64,000 nt of DNA, taken from Alphaproteobacteria bacterium. GTDB taxonomy: Bacteria > Pseudomonadota > Alphaproteobacteria > MPNO01. Shown in pieces: positions 36,904 through 48,676 of this stretch. The position numbers were made by a program, and so were the translations under genes. Where the stretch lies: contig OZ219866.1 in the NCBI GenBank assembly GCA_964291675.2, forward strand, positions 1,952,001 through 2,016,000, read 5' to 3'. Position 1 is the first letter of the stretch, and each line of letters opens with the position of its first letter. The notes beneath the pieces were generated by a model, which was not told the origin of the DNA, did not search any database, and was given only the letters and a program-made list of their open reading frames with translations.

Positions 36904-37821
36904 ATGACCCAGACGATGCAGTCCGGCCCGGCCGGCGCCGACGTGGTGGCGCCGCTCACCTTCATCGTGCCGCAGGACACCAAGCCGTCGTTCCACTCGA
37001 CGGCGCTCACCGGCGGCGTGCAGAAGCTGTTCTTCGAGACCGAGCCGGTCGCCGTCTCCATCGCCGACATGCGCCCGCTCGCCGGCGAACTGTCGATCGA
37101 CCGGGAGGGGTTCGAGCTGCATCGCCACGCGACGGCGGTTGCCGATCTCTACGACGACGAGGCGGTCGAGACCCGCTACTACAGGGAGATCGAGGCGTTG
37201 CTGAACGAGCGCTTCGGCGCCGAGAGGAGCGTGGTGTTCGACGCCACGAGGCGGGCGGACAGCGAGGCCGGCGCGCCCAACCCGGACGGGCTGCGCGGTC
37301 CCGCCGTCCGCGTCCATGTCGACTACACGGTGAAGAGCGGCCCGCAGCGTGTCGCCGACATACTGGGCGAGGACGAGGCGGCACGCCTCGCCGGGAGCGG
37401 GGCGCATATCGTCCAGGTCAATGTGTGGCGGCCGATATCGGGGCCGGTGCGGCGCTCGCCGCTGGCGGTCGCCGACGCGTCCTCCATCGCGCCTGCCGAG
37501 CTCCTCGCCACCGACCAGGTCTTCCCCGACCGGGTGGGCGAGATCTACATGCTCGCCCACGCGCCGACGCAGCGCTGGTACTACGCGCCGGAGATGACGC
37601 CGGACGAGGTGCTGCTGATCAAGGGCTGGGACAGCATCGACGACGGCCGCGCGCGCTTCACGCCGCACGGCGCGTTCCCGTTCGCCGAGACGCCGGACGC
37701 GCCGCCGCGCGAGAGCATCGAGGTGCGCGCGCTGGTGGTGATCGGGAACGCGGACGCCGCGCGGCTCGGCGGTGAGGTGGTGGGCGCGGCTGGGATTGAA
37801 CCAGCGACCTCTCGCGTGTGA
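36904..37821 (+). CDS. CmcJ/AsaB-like oxidoreductase (putative non-heme iron hydroxylase)
   Basis: GFEL, VHVDYT, VNVWRPI, PLAVAD, PHGAF, RESIEVR. Confidence 0.82.
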   Translation: MTQTMQSGPAGADVVAPLTFIVPQDTKPSFHSTALTGGVQKLFFETEPVAVSIADMRPLAGELSIDREGFELHRHATAVADLYDDEAVETRYYREIEALLNERFGAERSVVFDATRRADSEAGAPNPDGLRGPAVRVHVDYTVKSGPQRVADILGEDEAARLAGSGAHIVQVNVWRPISGPVRRSPLAVADASSIAPAELLATDQVFPDRVGEIYMLAHAPTQRWYYAPEMTPDEVLLIKGWDSIDDGRARFTPHGAFPFAETPDAPPRESIEVRALVVIGNADAARLGGEVVGAAGIEPATSRV

Positions 37822-37852
37822 GGCGAGCGCTCTCCCGCTGAGCTACGCGCCC
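37778..37852 (-). tRNA. tRNA-Val (CAC)
   Basis: GGGCGCGTAGCTCAGCGGGAGAGCG-CTCGC-CTCACAC-GCGAG-AGGTCGCTGGTTCAATCCCAGCCGCGCCCACCA. Confidence 0.96.
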
Positions 37853-37983
37853 GAAGACGGGCGGGTATAGGGCCGGCCGCTCCGCGGTGTCAAGAAACCG
37901 GCGCGATTCGGGGGTTGCGAGTCGCCCCTTCGCGGTCCAGTTTCCGCCCCCGGAAAGCCAGTTGAGCGAGCACAGGCCAATCC

Positions 37984-38823
37984 ATGATTCGACTCAGGCG
38001 TGTAATTCACGGGTTGCTGCTGGCGGCGGCCGTCGCGGCACCGGCGACCGCGAAGGAGTGTCCCGACCCGTCGGCCCGCAGGACCGTCCACCTGGTCTAC
38101 GCGGTCTATCTCGGCGGGATCAATGCGGTCGACCTCAATATCGACCTCGCGCTCGGCTGCGACGGCTACCGGCTCGACCTGTCCAGCAAGGTCGAGGGCC
38201 TGATGCGCTACATCCTGCCCTGGTCCCTCCGCGTCCGCTCCGAGGGCCGGGTGCGGGAGGCGGGGCTGGTGCCGGAACGGGCCCACACCGAGAGTACGTG
38301 GCGCGGCAAGCGGCGCTGGACCACGCTCGAATTCCCGGGCGGCCGTCCGGTGATCGTGAGCGCCCAGCCCAGGCGCAAGCCCCCCGACGTGCCGCCCGAA
38401 AAGATGCAGGGCGCCATCGACATCGCAACCGGCGTGCTCAGCGCCGCGCGCGCGGTAACCCGGCCCGGGTCCTGCGCGGTCAGGCTGCCGGTGTTCGACG
38501 GCCGCAGGCGCTTCGACGCCGTCTTCGAGGCGCTCGGCGAGGGCGAGCTGCCGCGCTCCAGGCTCTCCGCCTATTCCGGCAAGGCCGAGGTGTGCGATCT
38601 CAGCATCGAGAACCTGCTCGGTCGCCGGAAGAAGACCGACTATGCGGGGCTGGCGAGCGGCGAAAGGACGATGACGTTCTGGTTCGCGCCGCTGTTCGAC
38701 GGCATCCACCCGCTGCCGGTGCGGATCCAGCAGGACACCGACCTCGGCGGGGCGATCGGGCATCTGACCAGCGCCAGAATCGACGGCGAGGGCGGGCAGC
38801 CGGCCTACGCCTTGCCGCCTTGA
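37984..38823 (+). CDS. Exported DUF3108-like protein
   Basis: Signal peptide, YAVYLGG, PVFDGRRRFD, PLPVRI. Confidence 0.75.
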   Translation: MIRLRRVIHGLLLAAAVAAPATAKECPDPSARRTVHLVYAVYLGGINAVDLNIDLALGCDGYRLDLSSKVEGLMRYILPWSLRVRSEGRVREAGLVPERAHTESTWRGKRRWTTLEFPGGRPVIVSAQPRRKPPDVPPEKMQGAIDIATGVLSAARAVTRPGSCAVRLPVFDGRRRFDAVFEALGEGELPRSRLSAYSGKAEVCDLSIENLLGRRKKTDYAGLASGERTMTFWFAPLFDGIHPLPVRIQQDTDLGGAIGHLTSARIDGEGGQPAYALPP

Positions 38824-38938
38824 TCGCGCCGGATCTCCCAATCCGCCGGGAGGCGCGCGCGGCAAAGCCCGTGGCGTCCGCCCCGGCTTTGTGGCAGTTT
38901 TCCGCGCCAGTCGATCAACCTGCGCCGGTACCCGCCAT

Positions 38939-40297
38939 ATGAGTGACAGGAGAGCCGCTGCCCTGGTGCTGGCCGCCGGCAAGGGCACGCGCATGAAGTC
39001 GGCCCTGCCCAAGACGCTGCACGAGATCGGCGGCCGATCGATGATCGGCCATGTGCTCGACCGGCTGGCCGAGACCGGGGTCGACCGCGCGGCCGTGGTC
39101 GTCGGCACCGGCGCCGAGGCGGTGGCAAGCGCGGTGGCGCCGGTCCCGACCGTGGTGCAGGACCCGCCGCTGGGTACCGCCCATGCGGTGCTGGCGGCGC
39201 GGGATTTCCTCGCCGGCTTCGACGGCGACGTGCTGGTCCTGTTCGGCGACACGCCGCTGCTGCGGGCCGACACGGTCCGCCACATGCTCGAAATGCGCCG
39301 CTCGCCGGCCGACCCGGCCGTCGTCGTGCTCGGCTTCCGGCCGGACGACACGGCCGAGTACGGGCGGCTGGTCACCGACGGGGACGGCCGGCTGCTCGCC
39401 ATCGTCGAGCACCGCGACGCGGACGAGGAGACCCGCCGGATCGGCTTCTGCAACGCCGGCATCATGGCGGCCGACGGGCGCCACCTGCTGTCGCTGCTCG
39501 ACGAGGTGGGCAACGACAACGCCAAGGGCGAGTATTCCATCACCGATATCGTCGCCATCGCCCGGTCGCGCGGGCTCGCCTGCGCGGTCACCGAGGCGGC
39601 GGATGCGGACGAGGTGATGGGCGTCAACGCGCGGTCCGAGCTCGCCGTCGCCGAGCGCGTGCTCCAGCAGAGGCTGCGCGCGCGGGCGATGGCCGACGGC
39701 GCGACGCTGGTCGACCCGGACAGCGTCTGGTTCAGCCACGACACCAGGCTCGGCCGGGACGTGACGATCGGCCCGCAGGTGGTGTTCGGACCCGGTGTGA
39801 CGGTCGGCGACGGCGTGACGATCGCGGCGTTCTGCCATATCGAGGGGGCCGAGATCGCCGACGATGCGGCGGTCGGCCCGTTCGCCCGGCTGCGCCCGGG
39901 CGCCCGCATCGGGGGCCGGGCGAGGGTCGGCAATTTCGTCGAGATCAAGGCCTCGTCGCTCGGCGCCGGCGCCAAGGTGAACCATCTGAGCTATGTCGGC
40001 GACAGCCGGGTGGGCGAAGGAGCCAATATCGGCGCCGGCACCATCACCTGCAACTATGACGGGTTCGACAAGGCGGAGACCGAGATCGGGGCGGGCGCCT
40101 TCATCGGCTCCAACGCGGCCCTGGTCGCCCCGGTCACCGTCGGCGAGGGCGCCATCGTCGGCGCCGGCAGCACGATCGCCCGCGACGTGCCGCCCGGCGC
40201 GCTCGCCGTCGAGCGCGGCGCGCAGACGGTCAAGGCGGGCTGGGCCGAGGAGTTCCGCAGTCGCCGCCGGGCTTCCGGGCCGCGCTCGGGATCGTAG
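38939..40297 (+). CDS. glmU: Bifunctional UDP-GlcNAc pyrophosphorylase/GlcN-1-P acetyltransferase
   Basis: LAAGKGTRMKS, GPFARLRPG, GNFVEIK, TCNYDG. Confidence 0.97.
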   Translation: MSDRRAAALVLAAGKGTRMKSALPKTLHEIGGRSMIGHVLDRLAETGVDRAAVVVGTGAEAVASAVAPVPTVVQDPPLGTAHAVLAARDFLAGFDGDVLVLFGDTPLLRADTVRHMLEMRRSPADPAVVVLGFRPDDTAEYGRLVTDGDGRLLAIVEHRDADEETRRIGFCNAGIMAADGRHLLSLLDEVGNDNAKGEYSITDIVAIARSRGLACAVTEAADADEVMGVNARSELAVAERVLQQRLRARAMADGATLVDPDSVWFSHDTRLGRDVTIGPQVVFGPGVTVGDGVTIAAFCHIEGAEIADDAAVGPFARLRPGARIGGRARVGNFVEIKASSLGAGAKVNHLSYVGDSRVGEGANIGAGTITCNYDGFDKAETEIGAGAFIGSNAALVAPVTVGEGAIVGAGSTIARDVPPGALAVERGAQTVKAGWAEEFRSRRRASGPRSGS

Positions 40298-40308
40298 GGC
40301 CGGGGCCC

Positions 40309-42132
<1,824 letters not shown>

Positions 42133-42138
42133 CGCCGC

Positions 42139-42891
42139 TCAGATCGCCCGCTCGACCGGGACGCCGCGCACGTCCATCTCGTATTCCAGCCCCTCGACCG
42201 GCGGCCGCGCGTAGTGCCAGGTGAGCCCGGCCGGCGCCGCGCCGCGCGCGACGATCTCCTCGGCGAGGAACGGGTGCGGGTCGTGCACGGTGTAGAGCTG
42301 GGTCGCCGTCGAATCGCCCCACCCCGCGCCCAGCGCCCGCATCCGCGTCTCCATCTCGGCGAGGACGAAGCGCGCCTTTTCGCGCAGCGCTTCGGGCGAT
42401 GTCTCGCCGCGGCGCACGATGTGGTCGCGGTAGTTGGCCATCCCCTCGGGCACGTCGGCCCCGCCGGCCGCGACGAACCCGCCCGCGGCCCCGCCCGCCG
42501 CCTCCACGGTGTAGGCGAAGGCATGGAAGACGGGTTCGGGCGGCGGGTCGATCGCCGGACACACGTTGGAGCGCGCGACCGGGTTGTCGCCGTCCCGGAA
42601 GATGCCCCAGCGCTCCAGCGTCCCGACATAGACCCGGTTGAAGGCGGCGAAACCGTCCTCGGTGAACGGCGCGGGCGATCTCAGCTCGCAGGCGCAGAAC
42701 GCCGTCGGCGGCCGGCCGAGCGCGGCGAGATGGGCCTCGATCGCCGCGAAGCCGTCCTCCAGCGCAAGCGGGCGCCGGAACCCCGCGCGCTCGACGGCGA
42801 ATCCCGGCTCGGCCGCGACACCGCCGGAATACTGGAACACGCCGCGCATGTAGCGGTAGCCGCCCGCCTCGAAGATCGCCGTCTCCGTCAT
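42139..42891 (-). CDS. CnbZ-like (2-amino-5-chloromuconate deaminase family) protein
   Basis: GGYRY..VFQYSGGVAAEPGF, CELRSPAPF, NPVARSNVCP, RPPVEGLEYEMDVRG match recalled CnbZ. Confidence 0.75.
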   Translation of the reverse strand: MTETAIFEAGGYRYMRGVFQYSGGVAAEPGFAVERAGFRRPLALEDGFAAIEAHLAALGRPPTAFCACELRSPAPFTEDGFAAFNRVYVGTLERWGIFRDGDNPVARSNVCPAIDPPPEPVFHAFAYTVEAAGGAAGGFVAAGGADVPEGMANYRDHIVRRGETSPEALREKARFVLAEMETRMRALGAGWGDSTATQLYTVHDPHPFLAEEIVARGAAPAGLTWHYARPPVEGLEYEMDVRGVPVERAI

Positions 42892-43826
42892 CCGCCTCTC
42901 TCCCCTCTCGCCTCGGCCCGGGCGATATAGTAGGTGCTGCCGACGATGATGGCAGCCCCGAGCACCGTCCACGCCGAGGGGATCTCGGCGAACAGCAGGA
43001 AACCCAGGGCCGCGGCATAGATCAGGCGCAGATTCTCGGCCGGGCCGACGGCGTTGGCCTCGCCGATGGAGAACGCCCGGAAGTAGCAGAACATGCCCCC
43101 GGTGGTCAGCACGCCGATGGCGAGCAGCAGCAGCCATTCGATCCCGACCGGGGCATGCCCGGCCCACAGCGTCGGGCCGGCGAACACCGCCACCCCGCCG
43201 ATATGGTAGTAGAACAGCATCCGGGCGGTCGGCTCGGTCGCGGCCAGGATGCGGATCAGCACGTTGGCGACGGCGAACAGCAGCGCGGTGCCGACGGCGA
43301 TCAGCGCCACCGGGTCGATGCCCGCCGCGCCCGGGCGCATCATCACCAGGACGCCGAGGAAGCCCACGCCCGTCGCGACCCAGCGCCGGGCCCTCACCAG
43401 CTCCGACAGTACGATCACCGCCACCAGGGTGGTGAACAGCGGCTTGGAGAACATGAACGCCGTCGCGTCGGCGAGCGGCATGTGGATGATGGTGTAGAAC
43501 ACGCCGAGCTGGGCGAGGAAGGCGAGCCCCATGCGCAGCCCGTGCACCCCGATGCGCGCCGTCCTGAGCCCGCTCCACCCCAGCCGGACGAAGAGCGGGG
43601 TGAGCACGACCATCCCCGTCATGTAGCGATAGAAGGACAGCTCGTGCGGCGCGAACTTGGCGCCGAGCGCCTTGACCAGGACGTCCGAGCTGGTCAGCAG
43701 GAAGGCGCCGCCGGCGAGCAGCAGGATGCCGCGAAAATTGGCCGGCAGGGCGAGCCACAACCCGCCGAGCCGCGTCGCGGCGCCCGGAGCCGCCGCGGTC
43801 TTGCCAGCTTCGCGCGGCCGATCCAA
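42888..43826 (-). CDS. DMT/EamA-family transporter
   Basis: About 10 TM, PLADATA, GFLGVLVMMRPG; TTG start after GGAGAGG (ATG at 43859/43862 are alternatives). Confidence 0.88.
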   Translation of the reverse strand: MDRPREAGKTAAAPGAATRLGGLWLALPANFRGILLLAGGAFLLTSSDVLVKALGAKFAPHELSFYRYMTGMVVLTPLFVRLGWSGLRTARIGVHGLRMGLAFLAQLGVFYTIIHMPLADATAFMFSKPLFTTLVAVIVLSELVRARRWVATGVGFLGVLVMMRPGAAGIDPVALIAVGTALLFAVANVLIRILAATEPTARMLFYYHIGGVAVFAGPTLWAGHAPVGIEWLLLLAIGVLTTGGMFCYFRAFSIGEANAVGPAENLRLIYAAALGFLLFAEIPSAWTVLGAAIIVGSTYYIARAEARGERGG

Positions 43827-43967
43827 CGACGCCTCTCCATGCGACACAAGCGGCGCCATCATGGCGGGGCGCGGGCCTGGCGCCAATAGCCCGCCGGCGG
43901 TTGAGGCGCCGCGCGATCCGTGGCTTGATGGGCGCGGTCGAAGACGAAGGGTGCGGCGGAGAGGCGT

Positions 43968-46334
43968 TTGACGGAGCCGGTTCTCGAAGGCGGCGCGATC
44001 GGCAGTTCCGCGCCGCGCATCGCCGCCCGGCGGCTCGCGCATGGGCGCGGCCGCTATACCGACGACATCGTGCTGCCCCGGATGCTGCACGCGGCCTTCG
44101 TGCGCAGCGCGCACGCCCATGCGCGGATCGTCCGCATCGACGGCGCGGAGGCGGCCCGCCGGCAAGGCGTGTTCCGCGTGGTGACCGGCGCCGATCTCGC
44201 CGGCATCTGCCGGCCCATGCTGGCGATCGCGGCCCATCGGCCGGGCCACAAATCCGCGCCCCAGCCGCCGATGGCGCAGGGAACCGCGTACTGGCAGGGC
44301 CAGCCCGTCGCCGCGGTGGTGGCCGAGAGCCGCGCGGCGGCGGAGGACGCGGCCGAGCTGGTGGAAGTCGAATACGAGCCGCTCGATCCGGTGGCCGACC
44401 CGGCCGAGGCGCTCGCCCCCGGGAGTCCGGCGATCCATCCCGAGCTCGGCGACAATCTGGCGTTTGCGCACCGCATCGAGGTCGGCGATGTCGATGCCGC
44501 CTTCGGCTCGGCCGCCGCGGTGGAGGAACAGGATTTGGGCTTCGGCCGCCACACCGCGGTCACGCTGGAGCCTCGGGTGACCATCGCCGATTACCAACCC
44601 GCCGACGGCACCCTCGTCGTCCACCAGTCGCACCAGTCGCCCTATCAGATGCAGGAGGTCTATGCCGCCCTGCTCGGCATCGACGATCACCGGGTGCGGG
44701 TGATCTGCCCCGACGTGGGCGGCGGGTTCGGGCTCAAGATCAACGTCCATGACGACGAGATCGCGACGGCGGCGATCGCCCGGCTCCTGGGCCGGCCGGT
44801 CAAGTTCTGCGCCGACCGCCTGGAAGCCTTCGGTGCCGACGCGCATAGCCGCGATCACACGGTGCGCGGGCGCATCGCGGTGTCGGAGAGCGGCGAGATC
44901 CTCGCCATGGAGGTCGACGACCTGTCTGCGATCGGGGCGTATACCGCCTTCATCCGCTTCGGCATCGCCGAGGGCATGATGACGATCACCAATGCCGGCG
45001 CGCCCTATCGCGTGCCGGCCTATCGCGGCGCGATGCGGGCGGCCTATGTCAACAAGCCGATCGTCGGCATGTATCGCGGCGTCGGCGTGCCGATCGCCTG
45101 CGCCGTCACCGAGCAGCTCTGCGACCTGGCCGCGCGCGCGATCGGCATGGATCCGGTCGCCTTCCGCCGGATCAACTATCTCGATCCCGATACCCTGCCC
45201 GGCGCGTCCATAGGCGGCATCCAGCTCCCGCGCATCGAGTTTTCGCGCGCGCTCGACCGGCTGGTGGAGACGATGGGATATGACGCGCTTCGCGCCGAAC
45301 AGGCCGCGCTGCGCAAGAGCGGCATCCATCGCGGCATCGGGGTCGCGACCTTCATCGAGCCGACCGCCTACGGTCCCGGCTATTACGGCCCGTCCGAGGC
45401 GCCGGTCTCGACCCAGGAGGGGACCACCGTCAAGCTCGAACCGTCGGGCAGGGTCCGCTGCATCACCAGCGTCACCGACCAGGGGCAGGGCACGCTCACC
45501 GCGATCGCCCAGATCGTCGCCGACCAGCTCGGCGTCGGCATCGACGAGATCGACACGATCGCCGGCGACAGCGCGGTCACCCCGTTCGGCGGCGGCGCCT
45601 GGGCGTCGCGCGGCCTGGCGATGGGCGGCGAGGCCTCGCTCGAAGCCGCGCTCGCGCTGAAACGGAACGTTCTCGCCATCGCCGGGCCCATGCTGCAGGC
45701 CGATCCGGCGAGCCTCGACCTGAAGCGCGGCGCGGTGGTCGACCGCGACGGCGGCACGCCCCGGCTCTCGCTCGGCGAAGTCGCGCGCATCGGCCATTTC
45801 CGCCAGGACACCCTGCCCGCCGATCTCCAGCCGGAGCTCGCCGTCACCCGCCACCACGTGCCCAACCGGGCGCATTACTACGTCGCCTACGGCGCTCTCG
45901 GCTGCCATCTCGAACTCGATCCGGAGACCGGCTCGATCGAGCTGCTCGGGGTCTGGGTGGCCGACGAGTGCGGCCGCATCGTCAACCCGCTTCTGGTCGA
46001 CGAACAGCTGCGCGGCGGGGTCGTCCAGGGGCTCGGCGCGGCGTTCTTCGAGGAATGCGTCTATGACGGCGGCGGGCAGCTTCTCAACGGCACGCTTGCC
46101 GATTACCTCGTGCCGATGGCGACCGACATCCCCGACATCGCGACCGCCCATATCGACGGGCTGGAGGAGACCACCAGGCTCGGCGCCAAGGGCGTGGGCG
46201 AGGGGGGGACCATAGGCGCCACCGCCGCCGCCTGGCTCGCGGTCAACGATGCGCTGGCGCCCTTCGGGGAAACGGTCTCGGCGCAGCCCTTCACCCCGGA
46301 ACGCATCCTCGCGGCGATCGAGGGCCGGGGATGA
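43968..46334 (+). CDS. Xanthine dehydrogenase/CoxL-family molybdopterin subunit
   Basis: VGGGFGLK, YRGVG, QGQG, GAKGVGE. Confidence 0.92.
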   Translation: MTEPVLEGGAIGSSAPRIAARRLAHGRGRYTDDIVLPRMLHAAFVRSAHAHARIVRIDGAEAARRQGVFRVVTGADLAGICRPMLAIAAHRPGHKSAPQPPMAQGTAYWQGQPVAAVVAESRAAAEDAAELVEVEYEPLDPVADPAEALAPGSPAIHPELGDNLAFAHRIEVGDVDAAFGSAAAVEEQDLGFGRHTAVTLEPRVTIADYQPADGTLVVHQSHQSPYQMQEVYAALLGIDDHRVRVICPDVGGGFGLKINVHDDEIATAAIARLLGRPVKFCADRLEAFGADAHSRDHTVRGRIAVSESGEILAMEVDDLSAIGAYTAFIRFGIAEGMMTITNAGAPYRVPAYRGAMRAAYVNKPIVGMYRGVGVPIACAVTEQLCDLAARAIGMDPVAFRRINYLDPDTLPGASIGGIQLPRIEFSRALDRLVETMGYDALRAEQAALRKSGIHRGIGVATFIEPTAYGPGYYGPSEAPVSTQEGTTVKLEPSGRVRCITSVTDQGQGTLTAIAQIVADQLGVGIDEIDTIAGDSAVTPFGGGAWASRGLAMGGEASLEAALALKRNVLAIAGPMLQADPASLDLKRGAVVDRDGGTPRLSLGEVARIGHFRQDTLPADLQPELAVTRHHVPNRAHYYVAYGALGCHLELDPETGSIELLGVWVADECGRIVNPLLVDEQLRGGVVQGLGAAFFEECVYDGGGQLLNGTLADYLVPMATDIPDIATAHIDGLEETTRLGAKGVGEGGTIGATAAAWLAVNDALAPFGETVSAQPFTPERILAAIEGRG

Positions 46335-48676
46335 GCGAAGCCGCGATCGGGCGTTCCATCGCGCGCCCCAACGCGCGGCGCGCCGCCTCCGGCCGCGGCC
46401 GTCACGTCGCCGATCTCGCATTCAGGCGGCTGGTCGATGTCGCCTTCGTCCGCTGCCCCTACGCCCATGCCCGGATCGTGTCGATCGACACGGGGGAGGC
46501 GGCGGCGCAGCCGGGCGTGGCGGCGGTGCTCACGGGGGCGGAACTCGCCGAGCGCACCCGGCCGTGGCTGGGCACGATGAAGAACGCGCCTTCTCTCCTC
46601 TCCGTTCCGCAATACGGCATGGCGGTCGATTGCGCGCGCTGGCAGGGCGAGCCCGTCGCCGCGGTCGCCGCCGAGGGCCGGGCGCGCGCCGAGGACGCGG
46701 CCGAGCGCGTCGCCGTCGTCTGGGAAGAGCTTGAGCCGGTTGCCGACATCGAGACCGCCCTCGACGACGGAGCCCCGATCCTCCACCCCTCGCTCGGCAC
46801 CAACCGGCTGTATGACCGCGTTGTCGACACCGGGGACGCGGCAGCCGCCTTCGCCGCCGCGGATGTCGTCGTCGAAGGGCAGTTCCGCTTCGGCCGGCAT
46901 ACCGGCGTGCCGCTGGAGGCCCGGGCGATCGTCGCGGAGTACGACCCGGGCGACCGCAGGCTCACCTTGCACTATGGCGGGCAGGCGCCGCACATGACGC
47001 AGATCCTGTTCGCCCGTCATCTCGGGCTGGAGGAACGCCAAGTCCGGGTGATCGCCTACGACGTCGGGGGCGGGTACGGCATCAAGAGCCATCACTACGG
47101 CGACGAGTTCACCGCCGCCGCGCTGGCGATGCTGCTCGCCCGCCCGGTGCGGTACTGGGCGGACCGGCTGGAATCCTTCGTCTCCGACATCCACGCGCGG
47201 GACCACGCGGTCCGCGGCCGGCTCGCGGTGGAGAAGGACGGCCGGATCGCGGCGCTGGAGATCGACGACCTGGTCGGTGCCGGCGCCTATTCGTCCTACC
47301 CGCGCACCAGCTCGGTCGAGGCCAACCAGGTCCTCAATGTCTCCGGCGGACCCTACGCGATAGCCAACTACCGGGCGCGCACCCGGGTCGTGTTCCAGAA
47401 CAAGGTGCCGATCTCGCAATATCGCGGGGTCGGCCATCCGATCGCGATCCTGACCGTGGAGGCCCTGATCGACCGCGCCGCCGCCGCGCTCGGCACCGAC
47501 CCGGCGGAGCTGCGGCGGCGGAACTTCGTGCCCGACGACGGCTATCCGGTAAAGGCCCCGTCCGGCGTCGGGCTCGACGACCTGTCGCACCAGGCCTGTC
47601 TCGCAAAGCTGCTGGAGCTGATGGACTACGACGCGCTCCGCGCCGACCGGGACGAGAAGCGCAGCCGGGGCGCGCTCTGCGGCATCGGGCTCGCCTCGTT
47701 CATCAAGGGCACCAACCCGGGGCCGCAGATCTACGGACCCGCGGGCGTGCCCATCTCGGCGCAGGACGGGTGCACCGTCAGGCTCGAGCCGTCCGGCGCG
47801 GTGACCTGCCTCGCCGGCGTGACCGAGCAGGGCCAGGGCACCGAGACCGTCCTCGCCCAGGTGGTCGCCCAGTCGGTCGGCGTGCCCTTCGAGGCGGTCA
47901 CCGTGATCACCGGCGACACCGATGCGGTGCCCTATGGCGGCGGCACCTACGGCTCGCGCGGCGGCGGAATCGGCGGCGAGTCGGCGAGGCGCGCGGGCGA
48001 GGCGCTGCGCGGCGAGATCCTCGATCTCGCAGGCGCGCTGCTCCAGGCCGAGCCCGGATCGCTCGCCTTGCGCGACGGCGCCGTGGTCGAGCGCGCCGGC
48101 GGCGCCCCGCGCATGACCCTCGCCGAGCTGGGCGATCTCGCCTTCTTCCGCTGCGGCGAGCTGCCCGACGGGGTCTATCCCTCGCTCACCCAGACCCGCC
48201 GCTTCCGGGTGCCGGAATACGTGTTCACCAACGGCGCCCACGGGGCCCGGATCGAGGTCGATCCCGAGACCGGGGAGGTCCGCATTCTCGGCTACTGGGC
48301 GGTCGAGGACGGCGGGCGGCTGATCAACCCCCTGCTCGCGGAGGAGCAGCTTCGCGGCGCCATCGTCCAGGGGCTCGGCGACGCGCTCTACGAGCACAGC
48401 CTGTACGACCGCGACGGCCAGCTTCTCAACGGCACCATGGTCGACTACCTGGTGCCGATGGCGGCCGAGATGCCCGATATCGTGCTCGCCCATGTCGAGA
48501 CCCCGACCTCGGTCTCCGGCCTCGGCGCCAAGGGGGTGGGCGAGTCCGGCACCGCCGCCGCGCCCGGCACGGTGTTCAACGCGGTGAACGACGCGCTGGC
48601 GCCGCTCGGCGCCGCCGTGGAGGCGATACCGATCACGCCCGAATCGGTCCTCGCCGCGCTCGGCCGCGCCCGGTGA
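46331..48676 (+). CDS. Xanthine dehydrogenase/CoxL-family molybdopterin subunit (second in tandem)
   Basis: VGGGYGIK, YRGVGHP, QGQG, GAKGVGE; ATGA overlap. Confidence 0.92.
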   Translation: MSEAAIGRSIARPNARRAASGRGRHVADLAFRRLVDVAFVRCPYAHARIVSIDTGEAAAQPGVAAVLTGAELAERTRPWLGTMKNAPSLLSVPQYGMAVDCARWQGEPVAAVAAEGRARAEDAAERVAVVWEELEPVADIETALDDGAPILHPSLGTNRLYDRVVDTGDAAAAFAAADVVVEGQFRFGRHTGVPLEARAIVAEYDPGDRRLTLHYGGQAPHMTQILFARHLGLEERQVRVIAYDVGGGYGIKSHHYGDEFTAAALAMLLARPVRYWADRLESFVSDIHARDHAVRGRLAVEKDGRIAALEIDDLVGAGAYSSYPRTSSVEANQVLNVSGGPYAIANYRARTRVVFQNKVPISQYRGVGHPIAILTVEALIDRAAAALGTDPAELRRRNFVPDDGYPVKAPSGVGLDDLSHQACLAKLLELMDYDALRADRDEKRSRGALCGIGLASFIKGTNPGPQIYGPAGVPISAQDGCTVRLEPSGAVTCLAGVTEQGQGTETVLAQVVAQSVGVPFEAVTVITGDTDAVPYGGGTYGSRGGGIGGESARRAGEALRGEILDLAGALLQAEPGSLALRDGAVVERAGGAPRMTLAELGDLAFFRCGELPDGVYPSLTQTRRFRVPEYVFTNGAHGARIEVDPETGEVRILGYWAVEDGGRLINPLLAEEQLRGAIVQGLGDALYEHSLYDRDGQLLNGTMVDYLVPMAAEMPDIVLAHVETPTSVSGLGAKGVGESGTAAAPGTVFNAVNDALAPLGAAVEAIPITPESVLAALGRAR

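Noticed and set aside
42139-43758. 539-aa fusion ORF, and the 1177-aa ORF 42888..46421
   Set aside because: Upstream extensions overlap real genes in other frames; the true CDSs are 42139-42891 and 42888-43826
43968-48676. Aerobic CO dehydrogenase (form I coxL)
   Set aside because: Lacks the AYxCSFR loop and the coxMS/DEFG genes
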